A DNA stretch of 63,931 bases, counting the filler, from Catajapyx aquilonaris (taxonomy: Eukaryota): assembly GCA_000934665.2 (NCBI GenBank). It is 2 parts of 2 records of this genome, joined end to end, with 100 filler letters (N's around TTAATTAATTAA, not from the genome) between each part and the next. Parts side by side here need not be neighbours in the genome. Positions count along the whole stretch, not along the records: positions 1 to 31,989 come from JYFJ02004466.1; 1 more part is not named here. One strand, given 5' to 3'. The position numbers were made by a program, and so were the translations under genes. Positions 13,262 to 26,643 of this stretch are shown here, piece by piece. Position 1 is the first letter of the stretch; every line of letters starts with the position of its first letter. The notes beneath the pieces were generated by a model. It searched no databases and had not been told where the DNA came from. It was given only the letters and a program-made list of their open reading frames with translations.

Positions 13262-14394
13262 CGGCTAGAGAAGTAATGGTACTGTCGCTCACTTGTCTCA
13301 CGCACTAGGATTGGTCGGAGTTAGCCAATCAGTGCGTGGCTCTTGTTCTTCCATCCAGCGTGGGAAATGGGTTACAGGAATTGAATGAAGAATAGAAGAT
13401 CGAGCAATATGAACTCCAGATTTTCTAGGATGAAGATTCAAAACCAAGAGGAATGATTTGATCGGAAGTGGAGAGGAATTGTTTCGTCTTGCACGCGAAT
13501 ATAAGGGATGTTGCATGCAACTAGGAAATTAGGCAAAAGTGATTCGAGACAGTCATCAGGATTAGCACATCCTGCGGTAAAACCAACTCATATGTTTTTC
13601 AGGAAGTAATGTTGTTGTGAAAGTAGACATGGGCTTGCCTGAATGCATTCAAAACAGATATCAGCATAATTATGTTGCTATGATCGTTGTAAGTGGTTAC
13701 CAGGATGAGAGACCATTTTAAAAAGCTCATCATAATTATTTTATTATTTCCATTACAATGACATTACAGAACAGATGAAATCCGGCCACCCACCCGTATG
13801 CCGGCTAAAAATTCCATATTTCTCTTGTGTTCTCTCCTGTATTTTATTTTATGTCGTGTTATTTTATTTTATTTTATTTAAAAATATTGGCAATTGCCTT
13901 TTGTGCATATTAGTAAATCCGGCGCTGGGTATCTGGCATGATACCCTTATTGGCTTACCCGTACACTACACAGTACAGTACCCGATGAGCTGCGGCACTA
14001 AGAAGTATTTTCCCGCTCGATTCTCTAGTAGTTCATAATTTAGGCGCTGAGTGGCATGACTGCCTTGTTCTCCGTGTTTCTCAAGTTCATGGCTCGAGAT
14101 GTATTGGGCAAATTGAGGGCCGGTCAAGCGGTATTTTGAGAGCAACTCTTTGGCAGCTTTTCGATCTTGCAATCATTCGAACACACTCACATATGCGTAT
14201 AACACTTGGGTTTATCACATTAGTACATTACTGAGGCAGGCGAAGGGAAATATGTATTCGACCTATTACACGATTTATTTTTCTTGTGAGTTTACAGAAA
14301 AAAAAGATGGAGAAAAATACGCAGAAGCTACGATAAAACCAAGACCGTGGATGAAACCGTGGATGGCACTACTGAAGCGGGCTGCATAACACTT

Positions 14395-14530
14395 GAGGTT
14401 CGGCCTTCAGCTATATAGGTTGTCATTCTGAATGTTCGAGTTCGATTCCTTGGTCCGACTATCCCAACCAGGGTTTTTGCTATACGGTTTTCCGAAGACT
14501 CCCCACAAAAATTCCGAGGTGGTTTCATGG
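14395..14530 (+). mobile_element. Degenerate family-C-like SINE fragment
   Basis: GAGTTCGATTCC B-box-like motif followed by GGGTTTTT...GGTTTTCC...AATTCCGAGG, colinear with the 17660 copy. Confidence 0.4.
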
Positions 14531-14589
14531 TCTTAGATCTTAGAATGTCCGTGCAAGGCCTGGAGCGGTCTGAAGCACGGTCGACTGGA

Positions 14590-14950
14590 GCATGGTATGA
14601 GTGCTAAAAAGATACCACATAAGAACTGTTTGAGACTGAGTAATGTCCGCTCATGAACTTCTACTTCCAAATGAGATATTGCAATGCGTCCTTCTTTATA
14701 AATTCAAGGAAACGTCTTTAAGCATTTTCAATATGGTCTTGATCTTACATTGAGTGACCTTCACTTGGTTCGTCACCTGCAGAAAATTTTTGGCAGCGAG
14801 AATATAATATTATCATTATTATACCAGAAACGAAGGAATAGGGTTTGCAGTAAAAACATACTCTACATATAGGATTACAAATTCTGGCACCGGTATCAGT
14901 CGTACCACAACTCAAAAAATGTTAAGATCAACATGGAATTTGTGTGCGGT
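14590..14950 (+). mobile_element. Highly decayed mariner transposase relic
   Basis: About 14718-14795 reads FKHFQYGLDLTLSDLHLVRHLQKIFG, resembling HPPYSPDLAPSDFHLF.HL. An upstream GMSAKKI and a downstream KC-like remnant are also present. No TIRs were recognised. Confidence 0.5.
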
Positions 14951-16964
14951 AATACCTAGGAATGGGTTCCTATTCCTACATTGTATTGGTGAAGGTCTGT
15001 TCAGTTTTAAAATATAGCACAAACAAAAAAATATGTTGCCTCGTTCACATCAGCCTTGTCTCGAGTCAGTCACGAAAATGTCCTCGCTTTAATTTCCAGT
15101 CATTTCTTGTGCTTAAAAACACTTGTATACTTTCAGCACAACTGAAACAAATTACACAGGGTAGGCTACATTGTCCAACCGCATTCAGAAATGGAGGAAG
15201 GGGAGAAGCTACAGATTGTTTACTCCAGCAACAAGATTAAAAAGAGGCAACAATTGCAACTGAATTAACGTGGCCCTCATTGTTGCTTCCAACATGTTAC
15301 TTTTCTGTATAAACTGTCTGCTGGGGCAAACAATAATCATAATAATTTAATCCCTAGGCCCTCTTCAACTGAGGACTTGGGTAATGTAGCATTATATACA
15401 GTATAATGTAGGCACAATACTATATGCATAATTATGTGAATGATAGAGTTATACAGCCTACAGTAGACTATAAAATTATATTCTATTCAGAAACACGGAA
15501 TGGCATCTAACTTTTTCTTGCAGAACTTTGATCTACAACAAAAAGTCTAATTCAGAAGCACAGAATAGACCTAAACCTTCCCTATCCTGGAGATAGGGCA
15601 AGATTTAAAAAGACTCGGTTAGACCATGGGGTTAGACTAAGGATGGAGTCACATGGAGTGGGACCGTATAGGGTGGAATAAATTGTGACCATGTGACGTC
15701 ATTCATTATGCCCAACACCGCCTCTGTAGCCATCAACCGGTGTCGCCATTACTTCCAGCCCACGCTATATTTTATCGCCAAACTCTTCTGGCAGCTTTAA
15801 TGATTTGGCAGTATCGTTATTTTATTGCTTTAAAGCCATAATGTTCATTTTAATGACTCATTCAAATATTCCTGCTGACATTCGTGGTGCTGCCATATTG
15901 TGACTGATGGGAATGGGGGAAATCGTATCTTTGAATGTATATCTGAATGCGACTTATGACCGAGACACGCTTATCCCCTTGCTTATCCCCCTCCCCCTCT
16001 TCCGCTCTTATCCCCGGAGCGTGAATATGACCGACAGACTATATGGTATAGTCTACCACTAGGCCTACTTAATATTGTCGATCAAAAATACACACTGAAT
16101 TCATTAGGTGTGTTGGAAAAAAAATTAAGCAAGGGTTGTTTCATCTTAATCGCAGGGAGAAAAGTTAGCCTCCCAGCCTCGTATCAATAGGCCTAAACCT
16201 GCGACGCCCTTATTTCTGTAAAAAGGTTACACTCTACGCGCACAATTTTAAATTGCATAATATATTCTAAAAGGGGAATGGCCTGTTGGCCTTATTAGGT
16301 ATGTTGATCCCTTCATGTCATCTCTCGTCTCTCCCAGCCGTCTATGTTAATACAGTAATAATACAGTACATTACCTATACGTCATACAACATGTGACGCA
16401 GAAGATGCTGATGAGTATGGTCATTCCAATTACCTCCGCCAGTGCCTCAATCTTATTGGATCTGGACCACTATGCGTTGTAGGCCTCCTGTATACACAAC
16501 ATGTTCATATAGCATTCAGCCCTAAGTACAGCAGCAGTCATGATAAGACCTGAAATGCATAATTATCATTTATCCTATTCACATTGGAATAATTTTTTTT
16601 AAGATGCGAGTTTTTTTTTGTTCTTAAGGAACGGTGATTCTAGCTATGAAGAGCCTTTATTTCGTCGCTGCACCAATCATAACCAACCCTTATGTGAAAT
16701 GAACTGAGGAATAATGGTTCGAGTCAGTGGTCTCAGGCCGGAACAATGGTCATCAAGCGAAATATACCATATGTAACAACAAATTTATACAAATTGCAGT
16801 GTAATGTATCATAATTATATTGTTGGTGAAGGAGGTCCCCCCAAAAGGCCAGTTTGACCCATAAATGGGTAAACAAAATAAAAAAAAATACAAAATCATA
16901 ACCAAGCAATGAAGGAAGAGGGAAAGAAGATATCTCAGCATATTAATAGTATTTGAACGACACC

Positions 16965-17154
16965 GTAAAGTGAAAGAGAGATGTTTGGAGATTCAGAGGA
17001 AACTGCATGGCAAACTCACTCGAACAAGGACAGAACAGTATGTTTCTCGAAGCTCTTTCCACGTGAGAAAGTGTCCTCTGCCCGACCCGGGATATAGAAC
17101 ACGGTCAGAGGTGGAAGGCCGTGACGTTAGCCACTACACCACCGTGCCCGCCCC
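16965..17154 (-). mobile_element. tRNA-derived SINE fragment (another family)
   Basis: The minus strand begins GGGCGGGCACGGTGGTGTAGTGGCTAACG (A box), with a degenerate B box and CCCGGGTCGGG. A similar CCCGGGTTGGG...CATGTGGA fragment lies at about 5800-5940. Confidence 0.5.
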
Positions 17155-17659
17155 TCAAGATATATGGGATTGAAGTTTGATGATTGCATTATCCTTTATG
17201 GGATATTCCCTCCCTACCTCCCCCCAAACATTTCTCTAGGGGAATGTAACTGCTCTATAGCAGAGAAGTGACCTGACTATCAGAAAGTACGCGTCAAGGA
17301 CTATATTACATTAGATATTACACAATGGCTAGGGCCTGTTGCGTGACCCATAGTAAATGCAGAACAAGTTATTTTTCCAATGTGAATAATAATGGATCAA
17401 CTACTTGTTCTATTTATAATCAATCACGAAACCGGCTCTTAGTCATTTTATACTAAAATGGGACGCTGATCGTTCTGTAAATCAAGTATCAAGGTTGCCT
17501 ATGTATTTACAGTATCCTTATTGATACGTGGAAAAACAAGAATTAATGCATAAAACCTCTGAGTTATTTTTGAAATACGGTATATTGTTATTGCCGATAT
17601 CGCATATAAAATAGGCTACGTAATATAACATACTGCTCCATAATACTATTTTGTAACCG

Positions 17660-17933
17660 AAGCAGTTTGGTGGAGTGGCTATAGGGTCCGACTGCTAATC
17701 GGGAGATCCTGGGTTCGAGCCCCGGGGCCGGAAACTCTAACCGTGGTTTTCTGTGGTTTCCCACGGTCCCTCCAGGAGAATTCCGGGGTTGCTTCCTAAT
17801 TTAAAAAGGCCACAGCAGGCTCCTTCCTTCCCTATCCTATCCCAAAAAGCAAAAAGTAAACATGTAAGCAAGAGTTCCAGACAAAACAAAAATCCCCCCT
17901 AAAGAGCCGAAAAAGGCTGATAACGGGGTAAGA

Positions 17934-17990
<57 letters not shown>

Positions 17991-18008
17991 TACTACTACT
18001 ACTATTAT

Positions 18009-18075
<67 letters not shown>
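17660..18075 (+). mobile_element. tRNA-derived SINE, family C, with (ATT)n(ACT)n tail
   Basis: TGGTGGAGTGG A box and GGTTCGAGCCC B box; central GGTTTTCTGTGGTTTCCC...CTCCAGG...CCGGG...AGGCCAC block; compound microsatellite tail at about 17933-18075. Confidence 0.75.
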
Positions 18076-18076
<1 letters not shown>

Positions 18077-20299
18077 TGTTGGTGCTTAGTTCATTGGGAG
18101 ATGGTATTACACACTATAGTCCCACCACCCTTTCGCAGTCGCACCATAGCAATGTGGAAGCAGGAAAGTAGCACAATAATTCATAAAACACCATGAGTCC
18201 ATGACGAAGCAGCAGCAGAGAAAAGGACGGAAAAAACCGTCTGTAAGTTTTATTGCATTAACATTGACCCGGTTTGTCAAAGAATGATGAATGTTTATGC
18301 GGACGGTCCATACAGGGTGTTTCAAAACTGTTCAGATATCTGGGGTAAACTCAGGATAACCAGAGGATCACCTTCTGCAGAGATTCTATTTGACCTTAGC
18401 ATTCTCGGCATATGGATTACCCCAAGATACAAAATGGCAGGTATGCATCCCACCGTTCACCTAAACTTTGTCATTTATAAAATATACGGTAGGCTACTGT
18501 ATGTAGGTGCTACCATGAAGTTTTATTTTAATTTGTAATCTCATTAGGTGCACCAGGCAGTCGGCGAGGCGATGGAAGTGTCGTGGGCTGCATCCGCAGC
18601 AAAGCAGATGTTGTTGTGAATATGTGATCTCTTTCATTAAAGATGATTACTTCAGTAGAGGTTTCGCAGACAAAATGAGGCCGACACATGGTGTCAAGAA
18701 ATAGCCTTCATCTGAGCGCAACTTAGCAAATTTTAACAATGGCACAACCTGTATACACGTGGTTCGTTGCTGAAGTCTATACGAAATGAACGTTATAATT
18801 ATTGCTCCGCGGTGATTATTCAACACAATATGTCCGCATTCAATTATATTTACGATGCCATTATTATTCCATTATAAGTGCACTAACAATTTAAAAAGTG
18901 CAACATTGGCATTTATAGTGTCCAGCGCCGTATATTTAACTGCTGCCAACCTAAGCATATATTGATTTAAGTGCTGGAATGTTGAGCATTATTATTTCCT
19001 CTCGAATGCGTTCCTCCTTTTTGCCTGCTGCAGAAGCCTTTTTTCTCTTGCAGTTTTATGAAGTGCTTCGGGATGGTACTAGAGGATTACATCAATACTA
19101 TAGCGGAAAGTTTGTACTTCACTGCGCCAAAAAGGATTGAGGAATAAAAAGTTACAGCCTTGATACAAGATGATGCAATTAAAAAGTGAAAACAACGTCC
19201 CTGAACTCTGACATAAAAAACTGCATTGTGTTGTCATTCAATTATTACTGACAATTACTTATGCATTTAGCTGCAGCTTCAGTATTAAGGAACCCATGTG
19301 AAAGACTCAACTTCTATATGTTTCGTTTGGAAGTGAAATAAGGAAAAGGTCAGATCAATCATTATTTGCTAGATTCCATTCACATTAATGGATAAAGCAT
19401 AAAGATGTATCATATGCATAATATAATATGGCAACCTACAGACCACAGGCCATTACATTGAGTTAATTTAGCAAATCTGGCAAAAGGGAACTTATTACCT
19501 GAGGATCGTATATTAATACATCGAACATTAATATTACATGAATGTACAATATATACCGTACTCCCGAACTATTACAATGCCTCTGCCGAATGCATCCTAC
19601 AGTAATATCTAGGCCAAATTGATGGAGACGATTCTTATGGCAAGGCTCCAACTGGTTCACTAGAATGCCGGTGGATGTCACTGTTTCGACACGAATAGCT
19701 ACTGGGTCAATCCATATGAAGTGGTACTGTACAACCTGGTTGCTCAACAATTTGTGTAAAAAAATTTGATCGAATTTGATGCTATAGTTCAGCCCATTAT
19801 TTTTATTTTGGTCTGATTTTCTCTTGGCGGACATAATATAATTATATATATATATATTTTTTGCAATTTCAAGGGTTTGCGGAAACTGAAATATCTCACT
19901 GTCAGTCCATATTAATCTTAACATCATGCGTGTAAAGGACTGATTATTATACTGTTATTAGCCCTTTTCACTTAAATTGAGTCATGAAGGGTGAAATTAC
20001 TACTGTACAGTACTGAGCCATAACCAATAAAATTAAAATGATGGTCCTTTTTGACTATAGCAATACGTATGAACTAGCGCAAATCAAACTGTTCAAAAAT
20101 GGTCAAGCAAGCAGGCTGTACCGTAGAGTAGCCTACCACTCCGTGTTGATTGATTCTATTGTACTGTACTGTACAGTACTCATTACAACTCATTGCCTTG
20201 ACTTGAAAACATAAATATATATATTCTTTGGTTGAGGAGGGGCATCTATACCGGCATCCAAGGCAACTCCTTGGAGTTTTGTAACATATTAAATAAAAT

Positions 20300-20626
20300 A
20301 AAACCCAGGACAAAAGTATTATCTTTGCATGTGTGTTACGTAAAAAATATTCCATTGTATGCAACAGCAGTATCTTGAACTTAGGTCGTTTTATGTCTCT
20401 CCTGAATACTTCCATGGACTTTTGAGGTTTCTGATCTCATTGCTTCTATTGCTTCCAACATAATTATTTTGGTCGCAATACTATACGTTACACCGGTATC
20501 AACAAACAAATTAATTGCACTTTCAAAGCATAAAATTCTTCCTGAAATGAAGACAACCTCTTTAGGCAGTTGCTTCATTTCTCTCACATCGTTTAGATAC
20601 CACGTGTATCGGGTTGCGGATCGCAT
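20300..20626 (-). pseudogene. Retropepsin-like aspartic protease relic (LTR-retrotransposon or DDI1-like)
   Basis: VFISGRI...INLFVDTGVTYSI matches the (F/L)VDTG.xxS active-site motif. After two in-frame stops, FVLGF appears where the ILGxD flap-distal motif is expected. Confidence 0.45.
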
Positions 20627-21019
20627 TCGGGACCAACGTCACTTAAAAGAACAGGCGACATTTCCGCCGCGATTCGATTTTGAAAGCACATGATTCCAGA
20701 GCCCTGAAGGGTCTACAGCTCTACACTGTATAGTGACAAAGTGCATGTGCTATACAACCCGCATTAACAATATATTGTGGTCACTCATGAAGTGAATACT
20801 GTAGGGAAATGTCAATTTTTCTGAATAGCATTAGCGATTAGCCTACAGTATTTTGCACTCTCTTATTGCTAATGCTTGCAGTATATGACTGTATATGAAC
20901 CATTTGACGACTACGAACTTCATATAATGTCCGAGCATACTTTCCTGCAGGGCCTACGGACATCATATGATGTCTTGAGATTTGCCCTGACAATAACTTG
21001 GGACATTTTCCAACTGGTA

Positions 21020-21385
21020 AAATTCCAACCTCACAGATTTTCTTGAAATTCGGCGCATTGGTAGCCCACCCAAAGGGATGAAAAACGTACCTATAGTGAC
21101 CTGCTCAAAATGACCCCGTGACTCATTTTTGAAGGGAGCAGCAGAGGTCAACTCGTAAAATTCCGACCTCACTATTTTCTTGCAATTCGGTGCATTGGTA
21201 GCCCACCCCAAGGGATCATGAAAAACTTACCTCTAGTTATCTGATCAAAATGACAGTGACCCATATTGGAGGGGGGCATATGTCAATGCACCGAATTTCA
21301 AGAAATAGGTGAGGTCAGAATTTGACCTCTGCCCCCCCCTAAAAATGGGTCACAGGGTCATTTTGAGCAGGTAACTATAGGTAAT
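21020..21385. repeat. Composite ~140-bp repeat: two direct copies plus one inverted copy
   Basis: AATTCC.ACCTCAC...TTCTTG.AATTCGG.GCATTGGTAGCCCACCC...CAAAATGAC occurs at about 21020 and 21158; a reverse-complement copy lies at about 21285-21385. Confidence 0.7.
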
Positions 21386-21659
21386 CCGGGCAGTCCGCTG
21401 ATTATTATTCATTAATATCACTCTTCATCAAATTTCCGGAAAGGAGGAAAAAGAACTCAAGCCCTGGGGTAAGGCAATGGCTCAAAAACTCCGTCGTCAA
21501 AAGGTTAATTTTTGCCCCGAACCTGCATAAATAAATTAATGCATTGAAGCCACGTGACTTATTTTTTTAAATGATTAAAATCATCGGATCTGAATAATGT
21601 TATCAAGAAGGTATAAACATCGGTGTGGGTTATAAACTTACAAAGTACGCAAAAGGCTA

Positions 21660-21950
21660 CTCTCTAAAAAAATAAGAGTTAAATTAACTCTTTTTAACCT
21701 TGAAAGTGGTCATTACCAAAAATGAGTTATAATAACTCTTTGCTGGAGTTATAACAACTCTTTTAGTTCATTTCATCCTCCGAAAGAGTGAATTAATAAC
21801 TCTTTCGGAGGTTGAAATGAACTAAAAGAGTTGTTTTAACTCCAGCGAAAGAGTTATTATAACTCATTTTTGGTAATGACCACTTTCAAGGTTAAAAAGA
21901 GTTAAGTTAACTCTTATTGAGTTTTTTTTAACTCTTATTTTTTTAGAGAG
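21660..21950. mobile_element. Near-perfect palindromic MITE (~290 bp) with TA TSD
   Basis: TA|CTCTCTAAAAAAATAAGAGTTAAA...TTTAACTCTTATTTTTTTAGAGAG|TA. The arms pair almost to the centre (about 21795), with internal GAGTT/AACTC subrepeats. Confidence 0.85.
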
Positions 21951-23745
21951 TATAACTTGTAATTATGCCGTGAATGTTTAATATACACACGTGTGATTTA
22001 ATAACTACTATCTACAACAGGAAACTTAAAATATGCTGAAAAGTAAAAATAGTGTATAACTCCTTAAACTTGTTTTTTTAAGGTAGTGACAGTGACAGGT
22101 AGAGTACTGTAGACTGTCATCAGTTTTCACGACATCAAAAACAAATCGGTCGGGTTCAAAATAATTTTTATTTACACATTTACTGTAAAATAGTACGTCT
22201 GGTACACAGCAATAATTACACACATGATTTTGACATTTACCCTCATAGCTGAATACGAACTGTAAATCATACACACATAAAGCACTCTGGAAATGAAAAG
22301 TCGAAATGGCCTTAATTCGATGCACTCGCAATCCCACGATTGGTTGGAGCAGTTCAAAGCACATCAAACTTTAATCCCACATCGACACTTTCTATGCACC
22401 GAAATTAGGTTGGCCATCACTGCACTAAACCATGCGACCTCGCGATTAATGGAGCCAAGGAAAGATCATTTAAACATCACGCTTGTTATCAAACAGAGCA
22501 CGCGATTGGGCTCACAAAAAAGTATCAAAAAAAAAATTTGAACGGTTAGGGCCAAAAGAGCTCTGCGCTGAGGATGGTTAATCAATAGCCTGTGGTGACT
22601 ACGAACTCTTCCTTCATATCTTTTTCCATTCCTTATAAGTTTACGTGATTTTTTACGACCACCTGAAAAAAACAGGTTATCTTGTCGGCTGCGTTATTTT
22701 TAGGAGCCAAAATCGATTTAAACGCAATAGGAGCTGGATTTTGGTGCCATTTACTGCTGGTGAAGCGGATCTGAGCCCATGATAAAATCGCGCTGCAGAA
22801 CTGAATATAAGCACTTGACCTGTCCATTTAAGCTTTCAAGAGAGGAAGCGCATGAAGGTCAGTCTTTCCCCCTGCAGTCTCCGAACGTCGAGAGTTTTTC
22901 AGACCTGTTCACTATATTCACTCCTTTTAAGGCATTATTGGGTAAGACCGATTCTTATATTCAACGCTGCCAAAACATCAGCTCGACGTTACAGATACAC
23001 TGCGCCAGGACATACGCCGAACAGACTTGTCATATGGATATCGAACCAACTTAGAAATGAGTAGTATACTGTACAGTCTGCTGTCTGAGTGGAAAAAGGA
23101 TAACATACCAGTTTCCTTAGATTTCAGGGGGGGGGGGGATAGTAATAAGTTTTATAGAAAAAGTTGTTACGTATTATGCAACTGTAGGTGTAGTGACTGT
23201 AGCCAATAAGTGTTCACTCCCAAAATGTCAAAGTGAAATGCTCATTAGTTTATTAATTACTAATAATTTTATTAAAGCTGCCGGAATGAATTCACCATAC
23301 TTATGGAATGTAATCCTTCTTCCATTCATGTTCAATTATTGGTCGAATGAGTCATTCCTATCCGAAATTTTATTGCAGTTCCAAACTATAGGATCAATAT
23401 AATTCGTCCTAATATTAGCACCTAGTACCGGTACAGTACTGGTAATGACCACTCACAGATAGTCTACTACTCCAACGTAACTGCTTCAACATAAACAGTT
23501 TATACAATAAATTGCTAACTAAGACGGGCATTTCAATTTGAGTATTTGCGCACAGCTACACGGTTTACAGAGAGCATAAAGTTATCATTTATCAATAAAG
23601 AAATGCTGAACTGATTTCATAATTATATGTATAAGACACGGTGAGAATGACGAGATTGAAAAAGCACAGTGAAAAGACGGATCAGAAGTTGGGAGTATAC
23701 AATTTACACAGTCATACTGTACATTTATCCAAAATAGGCATAAGT

Positions 23746-23962
23746 CAGTGGTTTCCAACCGGGGCCGGGGGGGGGGGGNGGGGGGTCGCGGGCAGGGTCG
23801 CGGGGGGTCGCAAGCCTTTGTTCCGTTTTTTTTTAAACAAAAATCTGTGTAAATTTAACCATTTTTGCGGCTGTACAGAGTGTATGTTTTCTGGAAATGG
23901 GGCAGTACTTTTATGGAAACATGTTTAGGGGGTCGCAGTTGGTAAAAGGTTGGAAACCATTG
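23746..23962. mobile_element. hAT (Charlie-type) MITE with 8-bp TSD
   Basis: TIRs CAGTGGTTTCCAACC and GGTTGGAAACCATTG, subterminal GGGGTCGC repeats, and a perfect TSD GCATAAGT at 23738-23745 and 23963-23970. Confidence 0.9.
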
Positions 23963-26502
23963 GCATAAGTTATATACTGTATCAAAATAGGCCAGCCCAG
24001 TAAAATGCTTTACAGCCGCAGCTGTTCTGAGTAAGAAACAATACAAACCTACATAATCTATAATAATAGCTTGGCTAAAAATTAAAGGGTATCTTAGGAT
24101 ATTAATTAGTTTCCGTATACTCTGGAATGATAAGTGAGATATGAAATATTATCTCTATATAGATTACTTGTGTTTGCTTTCCGCGAGTAGCTTAGCGTTG
24201 CTGATATCAAAACGACGCTAGGTTCAATAGTAGGCGACCAAGTAGAATCGGGCCTGGCAAGATCGTAAGTTCCTTTTATATCACCTAATACTGTATTTTT
24301 GGGCCATACGACACCGTTTTACGGCGCCTGCATGTGCGGGTGCTACTGTACCGTATGCGGCAGAGACAGGTTGAGCGTAATGCGACAGCAATTTGTGGCG
24401 TTAAATATTACCCTGCTCTTTCATACGGAGTGCCTGATTCAGGCTTAGTTATAGCCTCATGTCCTTAGTTGCCTTATTGGGTTCGTCCACTAAGCAAACT
24501 CTGGCACAGTCTGGGTCGTTTGACCACTATGTGCGGTAACCCAATGTTCTAGATTCACCAACGCAGCGGGAGTTATAATTAAGTTAGTGGAAAATCCACT
24601 CGTATGCAGCATACCTGTTCTTCTCTACATACACCGACTACATGATCAAAATAATATGGCTACCTATACTAGCGATAGGATTTTCCGACCTGATGATCAA
24701 ATACAATATAGATGGACCCCTACAGAGGAAAATTTCATGACCACATTTTGTCTTATAAGTAGCCTACTGTACATGTGCATACTCGGTCATACGCCACGCT
24801 GCACATTTTTGCTATGTCATAAAAAATGACAAACTTCTGTCTGACTTTGCAATTGGACTAGCTTATTTACATAATTCTCACGAACTGGGCAGAAAATGCC
24901 CCTTTTATTGAAGTCAACTTTCGCCCCTTTCATTCTTGCCTTCTAAATACTTGATAATTTCTTTCTATTAGTATTATGGTAAAAATATTGCTATTACACA
25001 GTGACTTAAACAAATTAAATGTAAACAAAATTAAACACCAGCCCCTATTATGATGTCGGCCCAAGAGAAAATGGCCATGACGAGAGCGCGCTCTATACCA
25101 GGGTGTATAGGCCTACCTATAGCCTACTGACAAGTATGGATAGTACAGTACACATGCCTGCATTTCTGGTTGCCCGGACCAGCCGCTCGCACTCCCAGAC
25201 CATTGCTCAACCTGCCTTACTCCGGCAACCAGCAATGCAGGCATCCATACTCGTCAGGATAGACGTCGTCGTCCTCCTTTCGGACCCATGCCATGCTTCT
25301 TCCATACGCATCCCCTACGCGCGTATCATTTTGGCAGATGAATTCGTGAACACCATGTATAGGAGGACACATTGAAATGCACACACACTCTCGTTCAATT
25401 TCCACGGCGGTTTTAAAGTGGAGAAAACCGGTCTAATTTTCACTCAAATCAGTGTAAATGAATTTGTCACTTTTGAAGTGGAAATGAATCTGTAATCGGT
25501 ACAAAAAAGCCACTTTTTCCACTTTACTGTATCAGTGGAACCTACACGAAAGTGTATAGTGGTGAGCGATATTATTCTGGCATTGAGCTGCTCTTTCTTT
25601 TTGAGCAGTTGTCACAGTATTCAACCTTTACTAGCGGAGACATACTGACTGCTTCAGTAGCAGTGCTGAAAATAAAGTTTTTCATGTGTTAACTTGTGTT
25701 GGTGTAATTTTTTACATTAATGTCGCAAATTATGCTCGTAGAAATTCACATGCAATCTTCAGTACAAATAGCAATGGTCTCGTAATAATTTCGTGGAAGA
25801 GCTCGTAAAACTAAGCAAAACAACCATGTGGCATGCTCCGACTGATGGAAAGTTTGCACTTGAACCTGTCGCGCCTCAGCCCTTCTGTCATTCCGTAAAT
25901 GTATTTATGTGTTACTGCATACCGCATACTGCACATGTGCCATAAACTCTCTCACACAACCAGAGATGGCGTGATATCATTCTTATAATATCTGATTCAG
26001 TCAGAACTTGCATGTAAAGGACGAAGCACTTCATCACACAGCTTACTTGATTGTACGAGGAGGTAATTGAACATGCTTTGATGGTCTGCAACGTGGCACT
26101 AACAAAAGCATAATATAAGTGTATAGAAAGTATAAGAGGTAATGTAATTGCGAACTCTTTTTTTAGAGCGAGATTGTGATTCACAAAAAAGAAACACGCG
26201 CAGATTTTCTTCCGCTACTTTATATCCTAATAAGTAGTTTAAATATTTAATATATTGTCCCAGTGCAATGGAGTAACTGGATTATGCTTTTCCTTATAAA
26301 CTCAAGAAAGAGATTATGATTAAAGAGAAGATAGCTCCAACTCCTCCAAGTCCAGCAGTCTGATGAATGATTGACTGTTACTGTGCAGTATACGGAAAAA
26401 CTTGTCCCTCATTTGTATACAAGTACAGTACGTACTGTTTTGTGTGTTCTGGCATGTTCCAGGAAAATACTGCATGTGTCCTTCCATAATAGCTGTGTAA
26501 TA

Positions 26503-26643
26503 CAGTTGAATCCGGATATAACAGACTTCGAGGGACCGTGGAAATCAGTCTGTTAAAACCTACGTTTGTTATAGCCGAATACAGCGATATATGGAAGTTT
26601 GCCGGGACAAGCCTTTAGAGTCTGTTATATCCGGATTCACCTG
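26503..26643. mobile_element. pogo/Tigger-type MITE with TA TSD
   Basis: TA|CAGTTGAATCCGGATATAACAGACT...AGTCTGTTATATCCGGATTCACCTG|TA; a related partial copy lies at about 33862-33938. Confidence 0.85.

Noticed and set aside
19463..19927. 154-aa minus-strand ORF
   Set aside because: It has an AT-rich low-complexity start, no recognisable domain, and no supporting gene structure.
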